This document shows, piece by piece, positions 48,400 to 58,467 of a DNA stretch of 64,000 bases; the stretch's first letter is position 1; every line of letters starts with the position of its first letter. The position numbers and the translations under genes were made by a program. Source of the stretch: Spirochaetia bacterium (lineage in GTDB: Bacteria > Spirochaetota > Spirochaetia > SZUA-6 > Bin103); NCBI GenBank assembly GCA_965208575.1, contig CBDBOV010000006.1, positions 480,001-544,000 of the forward strand. Direction: 5' to 3'. The notes under the pieces are model-generated. The model was not told where the DNA came from. It did no database searches and worked only from the letters and a program-made list of their open reading frames with translations.

Positions 48400-49641
48400 A
48401 TGCAGAGTCGAGCCACACCGCCAGCCGACGTGTTCAACCTCGGCGTGCTCGGCGTCGCGCAGGCGCTGGGGCTGTCGGCCATGTCGATGATGATCTTCAT
48501 CGGCGGCATAGTCGGGCGCGGGCTGGCCCCGCGGCCGGCGCTGGCGACGCTGCCCCTGGCGCTTGCCATCATCGGTCTGGCCGCCAACACTGTCCCGGCG
48601 GCGCTGTTGGCGCGCCGGCTCGGTCGGCGGCGCGCGTTCGTTATCGGGGCGCTGCTGGCAACCGCGGCGGCACTGGTGCTCGCGCTCGCGGTCAGCCGCG
48701 GCAGCTTCGCGCTGTTCTGCGGAGCGGCCGTGGTGCTCGGGATGAACGGCGCGTTCGTGCAGCAGTACCGCTTCGCCGCCGCCGAGAGCGCAACGCCCGA
48801 ATATGCCGGGCGCGCCGTTGCCTATGTGCTGGTCGGCGGCATGGTGGGCGGCGTACTCGGGCCCGAGGTGGCCAGGCGGAGCCGCCATCTGCTGGAGACC
48901 GAATATGCCGGCGGCTTTCTGGTGCTTGCCGCACTGCTGACGCTGTTGGCGCTGGTGGTCAGCCGCCTGCGGGACAACGGCGCTCGCTCCGCCGCGCCAC
49001 CGCCCCATCGCACGCCGGTCGCAGGCGCGCCACCCGAGGTGCGGTCCGCAGCCGCCTCCCGCCTGTCCGCGCCCGGCTTCGGCGTGGCGGTGCTGGCGGC
49101 GGCGGCCGCCTACGCGGTCATGTCGTCGATCATGACCGCCACGCCGCTGCACCTGAACGCTACCGGCTTGTCCCTCGATCGAACCGCCATCATCATCCAG
49201 AGCCACGTCATTGCGATGTACCTGCCGTCGCTCGCCAGCGGCTACATCATGGACCGCCTGGGCGTCGCTCGCGTGCTCCTGGTGGGGGTGGCCGGTATGA
49301 CCGCATCGGTCGTGGTGGGGGTGTATGCGGCGAGCCTCCCGGCGTTCTGGGCCGCACTGGTCCTGCTCGGTCTCGGGTGGAACATGCTGTTTCTCGGCGG
49401 CACCGTGCTCCTGGCGCGGAGGGCCGCCGGGGCCGAACGCTTTCGCCTGCAGGCCATAAACGACTTCGGCGTGTTCGGCGCGCAGGCGCTGGCCTCCCTG
49501 TCGGCCGGGACCGCGCTGGTCCTGGTGGGGTGGGACGCCCTCAACCTCGCTGCGCTGCCGCTGCTGGCCGCGGTAGCGATCACCGTCCTGGTACGGCGCG
49601 CCGCCCTCTCAGGCACCGCCCGGCGACCCGCCGTTGCCTGA
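48400..49641 (+). CDS. MFS transporter
   Basis: About 12 hydrophobic segments, RRLGRR motif, QQYRFAAAE, MDRLG; start set at ATG 48400. Confidence 0.88.
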   Translation: MQSRATPPADVFNLGVLGVAQALGLSAMSMMIFIGGIVGRGLAPRPALATLPLALAIIGLAANTVPAALLARRLGRRRAFVIGALLATAAALVLALAVSRGSFALFCGAAVVLGMNGAFVQQYRFAAAESATPEYAGRAVAYVLVGGMVGGVLGPEVARRSRHLLETEYAGGFLVLAALLTLLALVVSRLRDNGARSAAPPPHRTPVAGAPPEVRSAAASRLSAPGFGVAVLAAAAAYAVMSSIMTATPLHLNATGLSLDRTAIIIQSHVIAMYLPSLASGYIMDRLGVARVLLVGVAGMTASVVVGVYAASLPAFWAALVLLGLGWNMLFLGGTVLLARRAAGAERFRLQAINDFGVFGAQALASLSAGTALVLVGWDALNLAALPLLAAVAITVLVRRAALSGTARRPAVA

Positions 49642-49812
49642 CCCCCACCCAACGAGCGTGGCGGGGAGCATGCTCGGTCAACGGCGTTCGACCCGACGGC
49701 GGTCAAGTCTTGACAAATTCTCCTCGCCGGCGAGAAGACGGCCGTATCGCGGCCGGAAGATCTGTGCAGAAAGGCAGCCGACGTAGCCGGTGAACGGCGC
49801 TGCAGGTCGGGG

Positions 49813-51525
49813 CTACGCGCGCATGCCGCGCACCAGCTTGCCGGGCAGGGCGCCGGTGGGGTGGCCGTCGCGCCAGGTCACCCGGCCTGCCACCACCGTG
49901 CAGCGGTAGCCGCGCGCGCCCTGCATCAGGCGCGCGCCGCCGGCCGGCAGGTCGTGCTCGACACGGGGCGGCTCGAAATCGAGCTGCCGCCAGTCGATCA
50001 CGTTCAGGTCGCCCTTCAGCCCGACCCCGATGCGGCCGCGGTCGTGCAACCCGGCGGCATCGGCGGGGTCCGACGTCAGGCGGCGGATCAGCTCCGCCGG
50101 CGGCCAGCGCCCGCGCTGCCGGCCCCAGTAGGTGAGCAGCCAGGTCGGGTAGCCGGCGTCCAGGATGAAGCCGACGTGCGCGCCGCCGTCGCCCAGCCCC
50201 ATGATGCTGAGCCGATCGGCCAGCAACTCTTCGCACGCGGCCAGCCCGGGCGCCGCGTAGTTCCTGATCGGCGTGTACAGGAAGTCCCTGCCCTCGTTCG
50301 CCAGCAACAGGTCGTAGGCCACCTCCGGCGCCGGCCGGGACGTGCGCGCGGCAATGGCCGCCACCGAATCGTGCGCCTCGGGGGTGTAGTTGGGCGGCGT
50401 GCCGAACCGGTACATGCGGTCGTAGGAGAGCAGCCGCAGCAGCGGGAAGGTGCTGTCCCTGGCCGGGTCCTCCGCCAGGATCGCGGCGCGCACCGCGGGG
50501 TCGCGCAGTCTGGCCACCCGGGCGGGCAGCGGCAGGCCGGCCAGCGCCCGGACCGTGGGGCAACCGGAAAACGGCGTCTGGCTGGCCTGCAGGCCGAGCA
50601 GCACGCCGATCGCGCGCGGCGCCACCACCGGGCGAATCGGCACTCCACGCGCCGCCGCCTGCCGGTTGAGGGCGAGGATTGTGCGGTAGTCGTCCGGCTG
50701 TTCATGGTACTGGGTGAGCGAGTAGAGCACCGGCCGGCTGCTGCGTTCGGCGATCCGGCTCAGCATCGCGAACTCCTCGGCCGGGTTGGGCTGGATCCAC
50801 TCGGTGACCACTTCCAGCAGCCCGCGGCCGCCGTCCCGCACCCCCTCGGCCAACCCCTGAAGCTCATCCTCGTAGGCGCGCAGGGTGGGTATGAACTCGC
50901 CGTTCAGGCTGCGGTGGCTGGTGGTGCGGCTGGTCGACACTCCGAACGCGCCGGCGCGCACGGCGGCGGCGGTGATCTCCCGCATCCGGGCGATGTCGTC
51001 GTCGGTGGCCGGTTCCAGCGCCAGGGCGCGCGCGCCCATCACGTACACGCGCACCGCCGCGTGCGGCAGCAGCGCGCACACGTCGACGTCGCGCGCCTTG
51101 CGCTCGAGCGCGTCCAGGTAGCCGGGGAAGCTCTCCCATTGCCACTCCAGCCCTTCGTGCATCACCGCGCCGGGAATGTCCTCGACGCCCTCCATCAGCT
51201 CCACCAGCTTGTCCCGGTCGGCGGGCCGGCACGGCGCGAAGCCCACGCCGCAGTTGCCCATGACCACGGTGGTGACGCCGTGCAGGGCAGAGGGCGCCAG
51301 GTGGCTGTCCCAGCACGCCTGGGCGTCGTAGTGGGTGTGGATGTCGACGAACCCGGGCGTCACCAGCATGCCGCCGGCGTCGACCTCCTCCGCGGCCGCG
51401 CCCAGGCCGCTGCCCACCGCCGCAATCCTCCCGTCATGCACCGCGACGTCGGCGGCGAACGGCTCGGCCCCGGTGCCGTCCACCACGGTCCCGCCGCGCA
51501 CGACCAGGTCATAGTGCGCGGACAT
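49813..51525 (-). CDS. Amidohydrolase, N-acyl-D-amino-acid deacylase family
   Basis: [41 protein letters not shown]. Confidence 0.9.
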   Translation of the reverse strand: MSAHYDLVVRGGTVVDGTGAEPFAADVAVHDGRIAAVGSGLGAAAEEVDAGGMLVTPGFVDIHTHYDAQACWDSHLAPSALHGVTTVVMGNCGVGFAPCRPADRDKLVELMEGVEDIPGAVMHEGLEWQWESFPGYLDALERKARDVDVCALLPHAAVRVYVMGARALALEPATDDDIARMREITAAAVRAGAFGVSTSRTTSHRSLNGEFIPTLRAYEDELQGLAEGVRDGGRGLLEVVTEWIQPNPAEEFAMLSRIAERSSRPVLYSLTQYHEQPDDYRTILALNRQAAARGVPIRPVVAPRAIGVLLGLQASQTPFSGCPTVRALAGLPLPARVARLRDPAVRAAILAEDPARDSTFPLLRLLSYDRMYRFGTPPNYTPEAHDSVAAIAARTSRPAPEVAYDLLLANEGRDFLYTPIRNYAAPGLAACEELLADRLSIMGLGDGGAHVGFILDAGYPTWLLTYWGRQRGRWPPAELIRRLTSDPADAAGLHDRGRIGVGLKGDLNVIDWRQLDFEPPRVEHDLPAGGARLMQGARGYRCTVVAGRVTWRDGHPTGALPGKLVRGMRA

Positions 51526-51536
51526 CGCAGCGTCCC

Positions 51537-52319
51537 CTACGTTCGGTAGACTTTGCGCTTGTGTTCCTTGCCGCCGCCGTTCCACCTTGCTTCCCAGGAG
51601 TCCGGCTTGTGCACGTCCTCGAACGGATACACGTCGACGACCGGTGTGTAGGCGCGCGGGTTCTGGGTGACCGCATGCACAATCGCTTCCGCGATATCTT
51701 CCGGCTGCATCAGTTTCTCGGGATAGACATCGTGATTGTCATGCTGCATCTGCGTGTCGACGTTGCCCGGACGAATCAGCACCGCGCGCACGCCGTGCGG
51801 ACGCCCCTCCTCCTGCGTGATCCCGGTGAGACCCGCCACGCCCCACTTCGCCGAGCCGTACGCCGCCATCTTGTACGGATGGTACTTGCCGGCAAGGGAG
51901 GAGACGTTGACGATGTGGCCGCTGCCCTGCGCGCACAGGTGCATGAACACCGCCTGCGTGCACAGGAACACCGCCTTGAGGTTGACGTTGATATGGACGT
52001 CCCAGTCCGCCTCGCTGATGTCGGGAATCGCCTTGTGATCGGCGAATCCGGCGTTGTTGACGAGAATGTCCACGCGGCCAAACCGCTCCAGGGCCTGCCG
52101 AACCATGGCGTCCACGTCGGACTTGCTGGTCACGTCGGTCCGTACCGGGAGCGCTTCCCGGCCGGCACTGCCAATCTCCCCGGCCAGCGCATCGATCTCC
52201 GCGCCGGTGCGCGCCGCGAGCACCACATCCGCCCCCTCGCGAGCAAGGGCAAGGGCGGTGGCTCTCCCGATGCCCCGTCCCGCGCCGGTAACGATCGCAA
52301 CTTTCCCTTCCAGTCTCAC
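51537..52319 (-). CDS. SDR family oxidoreductase
   Basis: TGAGRGIG, NNAG, SS, YGSAK, PGNVDT. Confidence 0.92.
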   Translation of the reverse strand: MRLEGKVAIVTGAGRGIGRATALALAREGADVVLAARTGAEIDALAGEIGSAGREALPVRTDVTSKSDVDAMVRQALERFGRVDILVNNAGFADHKAIPDISEADWDVHINVNLKAVFLCTQAVFMHLCAQGSGHIVNVSSLAGKYHPYKMAAYGSAKWGVAGLTGITQEEGRPHGVRAVLIRPGNVDTQMQHDNHDVYPEKLMQPEDIAEAIVHAVTQNPRAYTPVVDVYPFEDVHKPDSWEARWNGGGKEHKRKVYRT

Positions 52320-52405
52320 GGTAACCTCCTCCGCTCCGGCAGGCTCACGCCGGCCACGTCAGCCTGTTCGGCGACGGTAGATCATCCCTGCCGGCGGCCA
52401 TCGGA

Positions 52406-53290
52406 TCAAGCACCTCGTTGGCTGCGCGCTCCCCGCTTGGAGGTTCCGTAGCGGCCGCCGCCGCCGCGCAGGCGGGGGTCGAGCAGGTCGCGCACGGCGT
52501 CGCCGAACATGTTGATGCCGTACACGACGATGGTCAGGCACAGGCCCGGCCAGATCGCCAGCCGCGGCGCGATCGTCATGTACTGGCGTCCCTCCCGGCT
52601 CAGCATGCCGCCCCAGCTCGGCACTTCCGGCGGCAGCCCGAACCCCAGGAAGCTCAAGCTCGCCTCGGCCACGATGATGGCGCCGATGGTGATAGAGAAG
52701 ATGATGATGATCGGCGGCATGACGTTGGGCAGCACGTGCCGGATCATGGTGTGCGCGAGCGGGCTGCCCACCGCCTGCGCCGCCCGGAAGTAGTCGTTCT
52801 CCTTGATGGCGATCACCGCACCGCGCACCACCCGGGAGTTGGTGACGCCGGAGGAGATGCCGAGCACGAGAATGACCTGCAGCAGACCGCGGCCGGCCAA
52901 CGACATGATGGTCAGCAGCAGCAGGAGCCCGGGAATCGACATCCACGCGTCGACGAAGCGCTGCACCACGAGGTCGAACTTGCCGCCGACGAACCCGGCG
53001 GTGCCGCCGATCACCGCCGCCACCACCACGTGAAAGGTAGTCGCCGTCAGCCCGACGAACAGCGAGATGCGCGCCCCGTGGATCAGGCGGCTCAGGAAGT
53101 CGCGGCCGAGCTGGTCGGTGCCGAGCGGATGCTGGCCCGACGGCTCGGCGAGGCGGTTGTCCAGGTTGATCTCGGCGAAGCGAAACGGCGCCAGCGAGTC
53201 GGCAAAGATGCTCACCAGGATCAACACCAGCAGGATGAGGGCGCCGAAGGTACCCAGCGGGTGCTCTCTGACCAGTCTCATGGGCCGCAT
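52406..53290 (-). CDS. ABC transporter permease, DppC-like
   Basis: Close paralog of 29372-30232. Confidence 0.93.
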   Translation of the reverse strand: MRPMRLVREHPLGTFGALILLVLILVSIFADSLAPFRFAEINLDNRLAEPSGQHPLGTDQLGRDFLSRLIHGARISLFVGLTATTFHVVVAAVIGGTAGFVGGKFDLVVQRFVDAWMSIPGLLLLLTIMSLAGRGLLQVILVLGISSGVTNSRVVRGAVIAIKENDYFRAAQAVGSPLAHTMIRHVLPNVMPPIIIIFSITIGAIIVAEASLSFLGFGLPPEVPSWGGMLSREGRQYMTIAPRLAIWPGLCLTIVVYGINMFGDAVRDLLDPRLRGGGGRYGTSKRGARSQRGA

Positions 53291-53305
53291 GGCTCACCCA
53301 TCACG

Positions 53306-54271
53306 CTAGGCGTAGCGCACCCGCGGGTCGAGGAACCCGTAGAGCAGATCCACCACCAAGTTGATCACCAGCACGCCGGTGGCGAACACCAGGTTGATGC
53401 CGGACACCATGGGATAGTCCCGCTCCAGGAGGGCGTCCAGCAGCAGCCGGCCGATGCCCGGCAGGTTGAAGATATTCTCCATGATTACCGAGCCGCCGAC
53501 CAGGATCGGGAGCTGCAGACCGGTCAGGGTGATTACCGGAATCAGGGCATTCTTGATGGCGTGCCTGAGCACCACGACGCGTTCCCTCAGCCCCTTGGAC
53601 CAGGCGGTGCGCACGTAGTCCTGCCGGAGCACCTCCAGCATCATGGTACGGGTCATGCGCATGGTGGCGGCGGCGAAGTAGGTGCCCAGAATCAGAGACG
53701 GGATGATGAACACGCCGAGATTGCCCAGCAGGTCATCGGACAGGGCGATCATCCGCACCGGCGGAGTCCAGTTCCACCAGATCGCCGGAAACACGGTAAC
53801 CATCACGCCCAGCCAGAAGTTGGGAGTGGCCAATCCGACGATCGCCACGGTGCGCCCGGCGTAGTCGGCGGCGGTGTTCCGGCGGATCGCGGAGTAGATG
53901 CCCACCGGCAGCGCGATCACCAGCCCGATGGCGATTGCCAGCAGGCCCAGCTCGAGCGTGACCGGCAGCCTGCGCAGAATCTGCTCCTCGATGGTCAGTG
54001 CGTCGCCGTACAGCGACGAGCCGAGCGTGCCGTGCAGCACCATGCCGCCCACCCAGCGCACGTACTGCACGTGCAGGGGAACGTCCAATCCGAGCGCGCG
54101 CATGAGGGCCTCACGCGTGTCGTGGTCGCCCCCGAAGTAGCCGCCGCCGATCCCGATCATGGCATCTATGACGTCGCCGGGTATGAACCGGAGGGCCAGG
54201 AACACCAGGATGGTGAGAAAGAACAGCGTCGGGATCAGCAGCAGCAGGCGCCGAATGATGTAGGCTCTCAT
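53306..54271 (-). CDS. ABC transporter permease, DppB-like
   Basis: Close paralog of 30238-31200. Confidence 0.93.
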   Translation of the reverse strand: MRAYIIRRLLLLIPTLFFLTILVFLALRFIPGDVIDAMIGIGGGYFGGDHDTREALMRALGLDVPLHVQYVRWVGGMVLHGTLGSSLYGDALTIEEQILRRLPVTLELGLLAIAIGLVIALPVGIYSAIRRNTAADYAGRTVAIVGLATPNFWLGVMVTVFPAIWWNWTPPVRMIALSDDLLGNLGVFIIPSLILGTYFAAATMRMTRTMMLEVLRQDYVRTAWSKGLRERVVVLRHAIKNALIPVITLTGLQLPILVGGSVIMENIFNLPGIGRLLLDALLERDYPMVSGINLVFATGVLVINLVVDLLYGFLDPRVRYA

Positions 54272-54365
54272 GAAGTGCGGTACCGGCGGGGCGGCCGTTG
54301 GGACGGCGGATGTTGCACCGCCATCCCAACGCGACGATCATCGCAGGTCGCGGTCCACGACGTGC

Positions 54366-56150
54366 TCAGAATCCCATCGACTTCTTCAGGTCGAGGTCGA
54401 GCCACAGACGCGCCACGACCGTGCCGCGGTGCGTGTGTGCCAGCGTAAACTCGCCGTTGTAGCCCTTGACCCACGGCTGGCTGACGTTGAAGTTCGGTGC
54501 CTTGCCGGCCCAGATGTAATAGTGGTTGCGCAAAATGACCATGAGTGCTTCCTGCGAAGCCGCCTGCTGCTCCTCTACGGTAGACGCACTCTGCGCGGCC
54601 GCCACCAGGGCATCGTACTCCGGGTTGGACACGCCGGCGGGGTTCCATCCCGAGGTCGAGACGTTGTGCGCCAGCGGAGTCAGGATGCCCCACGGATTTC
54701 CCAGCGGAGCGGCGGTCATGGTTTCGTGATCATTATTGCGGATCCCATCCGCCCAATCTGCGGTCGGCATCACCTGCAGATCGATGTCGACGCCAATCTC
54801 CAGGAGCTGTTCCGCCAGGATCTCGAACTTGCTCACGTCGTACAGATCCCGGACCTCGACGTTGGTCTTGAACCTGATGCCGTCGGCGCCGCGCGGGTAG
54901 CCGGCCTCGTCGAGCAAGCGCTCCGCCTCTGCCGGGTCGTGCCGGAAGAATCGCTTGACCTCCTCGGGCCACTCGTCGAACGGGGGCGAATAGCCGACGA
55001 TGTCGATGGAGGTGTAGGCCTCCGGCGTCGCCCTTCCCCTGCCCTGCCAGTAGCTGTCGTTGATCGCTTCCACGTCAAGCGCCATCTGGATCGCCTGGCG
55101 CACTCTAAGGTCGCTGGTCGGCTCCATGGCGAGGTTCATGGCAAGACCTATCCCGCTCTCGTAATACTGGGAGACTTGGGTATCGGGATTGGTCCGCAGC
55201 AGATCGTCGAGTACGTCGAGGCTGGCTATCTTCGAGCCGCTAAGCGAACCCAGGTAGTCGATCTGGCCCGACCGGAATGCTGCCACCCGCGTCGACTCCT
55301 CCGGCATCACCAGCCAGACGATCTCGTCGATATAGGGCAGGCGGTTGTCCGGGAACTTCTCGTCGAACGCCCAGTAGTTGGGGTTCTTGGTGAACGTCAG
55401 GGAGCTGCCCTCGACCCAGTCGACCAGCTCGTAGGGGCCGGTGCCGACCGAGTTGCGCCAATCCAGCAGGTCGCCGTGCTCTTCGATCACCTCCGGCGGC
55501 ATGATGTGACTGGTGTATTGATAGACGATCGTCCGCTCCGCGGCGAGATTGGGCTCCTTCAACTTGAACACCACCGTGCGGTCGTCGGTGGCCGTTACCG
55601 ACTCGATGCCGACGTCGTCGAGCTGCGACCACTGCGCCACGAACGGGTTGACTTCGGTGTAGCCGCTGCCCAGGCCCAGGTAGCGGTGCCAGTTGTATTC
55701 CACGTCCTTGGCGGTGAGCTCCCGACCGTTCATCGGTGCCTTGTCGTGCCAGTGCACGCCGGAGCGGATGCGCACCGTGTAGGTCACCGGGTCGGTCTGT
55801 TCCCAACTCTCGGCCAACTGACCGACGATGGCGAAGTCGGGGACCCACATGCTGTCGAAACTGAGTTTCTGCCGGTCTATCGCCCAGTCCCCGATTGCCA
55901 GTTTCTCGTTCGTGAACCACCAGGACGCCTGACCCGGGTGTCCCTGCCCGGGATCGGAGTTGGGCGGCTCGGAGCGCGTGCCGAAGGTGATGGTGCCGCC
56001 ATACTCGGGCGCGGTCACCATCTCGCCGGTGCTCGGGTCGAGCACCATCTCCTTCTCGGCCGCGGCCGCCTCCTCGCCTTCTCCGGCGGCGAACGTAACG
56101 GCAGCCACCAGCGCGAACGCCAGCGGCAGCAACATGAGTCTTGGAGTCAT
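54366..56150 (-). CDS. ABC transporter substrate-binding protein, family 5 (SBP8)
   Basis: RBS, signal peptide, family-5 motifs. Confidence 0.93.
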   Translation of the reverse strand: MTPRLMLLPLAFALVAAVTFAAGEGEEAAAAEKEMVLDPSTGEMVTAPEYGGTITFGTRSEPPNSDPGQGHPGQASWWFTNEKLAIGDWAIDRQKLSFDSMWVPDFAIVGQLAESWEQTDPVTYTVRIRSGVHWHDKAPMNGRELTAKDVEYNWHRYLGLGSGYTEVNPFVAQWSQLDDVGIESVTATDDRTVVFKLKEPNLAAERTIVYQYTSHIMPPEVIEEHGDLLDWRNSVGTGPYELVDWVEGSSLTFTKNPNYWAFDEKFPDNRLPYIDEIVWLVMPEESTRVAAFRSGQIDYLGSLSGSKIASLDVLDDLLRTNPDTQVSQYYESGIGLAMNLAMEPTSDLRVRQAIQMALDVEAINDSYWQGRGRATPEAYTSIDIVGYSPPFDEWPEEVKRFFRHDPAEAERLLDEAGYPRGADGIRFKTNVEVRDLYDVSKFEILAEQLLEIGVDIDLQVMPTADWADGIRNNDHETMTAAPLGNPWGILTPLAHNVSTSGWNPAGVSNPEYDALVAAAQSASTVEEQQAASQEALMVILRNHYYIWAGKAPNFNVSQPWVKGYNGEFTLAHTHRGTVVARLWLDLDLKKSMGF

Positions 56151-56467
56151 AACGGAACTCCTCCTCGTTTCGGGACGGGAGTGCTTCCCGGAACCCGTGG
56201 TTTCGGGCCGGGAACGCCGGCCTTTTCAAGTGGTTCTTGTAGTCGCGCCGCGGGATAGTGCGAGCCGCTACCTCACCAGCGGCGCAGATGGCGGCAGAGC
56301 GGTGGATGCGGCTTGGTGAGCGGAAAGAGCGGTCAGTTACCGGGTGCTTGGTTTGTTGCGGAGCAGGACGGAGCAGGACGGAGCGCTGGCGTCTGCAGCG
56401 AACGGAACGGCTGCGGCGGGCCGTGCGATCGCGCATCATCCTCGCTTGTCCTCCTCCCAGAGCCATC

Positions 56468-56495
56468 ACTCTACCACACCGCCGGCATCCGTCAA
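56468..56495 (-). promoter_or_regulatory. Conserved SBP promoter (SBP8 copy)
   Basis: TTGACG-16nt-TAGAGT with TGn. Confidence 0.65.
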
Positions 56496-56569
56496 GTACG
56501 CGTTTTGCGCACGATACTCTCCCGCCGGCCGAACACCTCGGCTTGAACTACGACAAGCCCCCGGAGCGG

Positions 56570-57799
56570 TCATCTCTTGTCGGCAGCGCGCGCCTGCACG
56601 GTGCAGAAGACGCGTTGCGGCGTAACGTTGAACAGCGGGTCCGGCTGCTCGTTGGCGCGCAACTCGCGGCGGGCGATGGGCAGTCCCGCTCCCCACCTCT
56701 GCACGAGGTTGAGGACTCTCATCGCCTCCGCCAGCAGCGGGTTGCGGTAGGCAACGAAGCCCGGCTGTCCGAAGTTCTCCGCCGACACCTCTCCATAGGG
56801 ACCGCCCGGACTGTTGATTTCTATCCGGTCGTCGTACCAGTACACGTGAATCGGACTGGCCGCACCCTCGTAGCTGCGGTGCATCACCGCGTTGCGAACG
56901 AGCTGCCGCAGTGCCCCGATGGCATGGGTGGATGACCGGGTCTCCAGGGCGCCGGAGGTGACGTCGACCGCCGTACGGTTGTGCGAATCGAGCTTGTCTT
57001 CGAGGCCTCCGATCAGGGATCCGATTGGGCCGTCGAACAGGCGTTCATCCACGATCGGGCAGTCGAGCGCGGTACCGGAAATGCGCAGGAACTGAACGTA
57101 GGCACCCGGCAGGTAGTCGCGCGGGTGCTTGCCCAGGATCAGTATTCCGCAGATCGTGGGCCGTGGATCGTCGGCCGAGGCCAGCATCTTCATGGCCGCA
57201 AGCCGCTCGATAGTGCTGCGGTCGTTCTGCTCCAACGTGGCCGCGTCGATCGCCCGCGGCAGGTATTGCTCCTCGAAGTAGCGCAGGTCCAGGTCAGCGA
57301 GCCGCGCTCCGGGGGCCGGATGAGCGTCGAATGAGCTCTCGCGGTGGCGGCGCTTCTCATTCAGGATGCGCTCGTCCTGCAAGCTCGCCACCGCTCGCCG
57401 CGGCCCCACGCGAATCCAGGTGCGCCCCCGATAGCGAACGGGCGGCGAGTCGGCGGGTCGCACCGTAACGACTGCGACCTCGCGACCTGCCAGAAGGTGT
57501 TTGCCGACCGTCAGCGTGGGCGGTGGCACGATGTTGCCGTCGGCCTTGATGTCGGCAAGCTGGCGCAGGAGTGCGTCGGTGATCGGCAGCCCGGTGGGCC
57601 GGCCGGCGTCATCCGCCCCCACCAACACGACGCCGGACCGCTGGTGGTCGGGGAGGTCGTTGGCAAACGCGCAGACCGCCTCCCTGATGCCGGTCGGGGC
57701 GTCTCCGCGCAGCGACTCCTTGCGCTCTACCAAGTCGGACTCGACATCCTGCAACATGGACTCGAGTTCGGAATCGGAATAGCGGTGCGCCGCGCCCAT
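56570..57799 (-). CDS. AlbA_2/Schlafen-like domain plus RecG-C/HATPase-like domain protein
   Basis: ESDLVERKES, VCAFAND, GVVLVGADDAG, LVRNAVMHRSY, IEINSPGG, RNP. Confidence 0.82.
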   Translation of the reverse strand: MGAAHRYSDSELESMLQDVESDLVERKESLRGDAPTGIREAVCAFANDLPDHQRSGVVLVGADDAGRPTGLPITDALLRQLADIKADGNIVPPPTLTVGKHLLAGREVAVVTVRPADSPPVRYRGRTWIRVGPRRAVASLQDERILNEKRRHRESSFDAHPAPGARLADLDLRYFEEQYLPRAIDAATLEQNDRSTIERLAAMKMLASADDPRPTICGILILGKHPRDYLPGAYVQFLRISGTALDCPIVDERLFDGPIGSLIGGLEDKLDSHNRTAVDVTSGALETRSSTHAIGALRQLVRNAVMHRSYEGAASPIHVYWYDDRIEINSPGGPYGEVSAENFGQPGFVAYRNPLLAEAMRVLNLVQRWGAGLPIARRELRANEQPDPLFNVTPQRVFCTVQARAADKR

Positions 57800-57862
57800 G
57801 ATGTGATTGAACGGCTTGCGCCCGCCGTGGTCAACCCAGGCTGACCGCGGCACGCACATGCT

Positions 57863-58372
57863 ATGGTAACGGCCATCATGATTCGAGGCATCCATCACAC
57901 AGGTTTTTCCACCCCCGACCTCGAGCGCGCGATCGAGTTCTACTCGGGATTGCTTGGCTTCAAGGTGGTCAATCACTTTGAGTGGAATGCTGCCGATGGC
58001 TCGGCCAGGTGGGACGGCGGGGAGTGGAAGGTCGGCGCGAAACAGCTCGACGAGATCACCGGGCTCAAGGGTTCGGCAGCCCGGGCGGTGTTTCTGTTGC
58101 TTGGCAACGCCTTCATCGAGATATTCGAGTATTCAGCGCCCACCCCGGCACCGGCGCAGCCGGACCGCCCCGTTTGTGACCATGGCGTTACCCACATCGC
58201 CCTGATAGTCGACGATGTCCAAGCCGAGTACGACCGCCTGAAGGCGCTCGGGGTACCGTTTCACGCTCCGCCGCGGGAGGATTTTCGGGCCGTGTACGGG
58301 CGGGACCCGGATGGCAATGTGTTCGAGTTGATGGAAGTCGAGCCTGGCAGCAAGATCGCGCTGGACGTATAG
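57863..58372 (+). CDS. VOC/glyoxalase family protein (copy 2)
   Basis: Identical protein to 45433-45942. Confidence 0.9.
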   Translation: MVTAIMIRGIHHTGFSTPDLERAIEFYSGLLGFKVVNHFEWNAADGSARWDGGEWKVGAKQLDEITGLKGSAARAVFLLLGNAFIEIFEYSAPTPAPAQPDRPVCDHGVTHIALIVDDVQAEYDRLKALGVPFHAPPREDFRAVYGRDPDGNVFELMEVEPGSKIALDV

Positions 58373-58467
58373 CGCCCGTAGCTCGCAGTTGCTTGGTCAT
58401 CGCGACGGACTTGGCGCGGCGCATGCGGGGCGCCTGGGGCTATTCGCCATTGGCATAAGCGATTATC

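Noticed and set aside
52418-56258. Long plus-strand ORFs (676 aa, 662 aa, and similar at 34703, 49861; 61319 on minus)
   Set aside because: Antisense shadows of real GC-rich genes with no recognisable motifs
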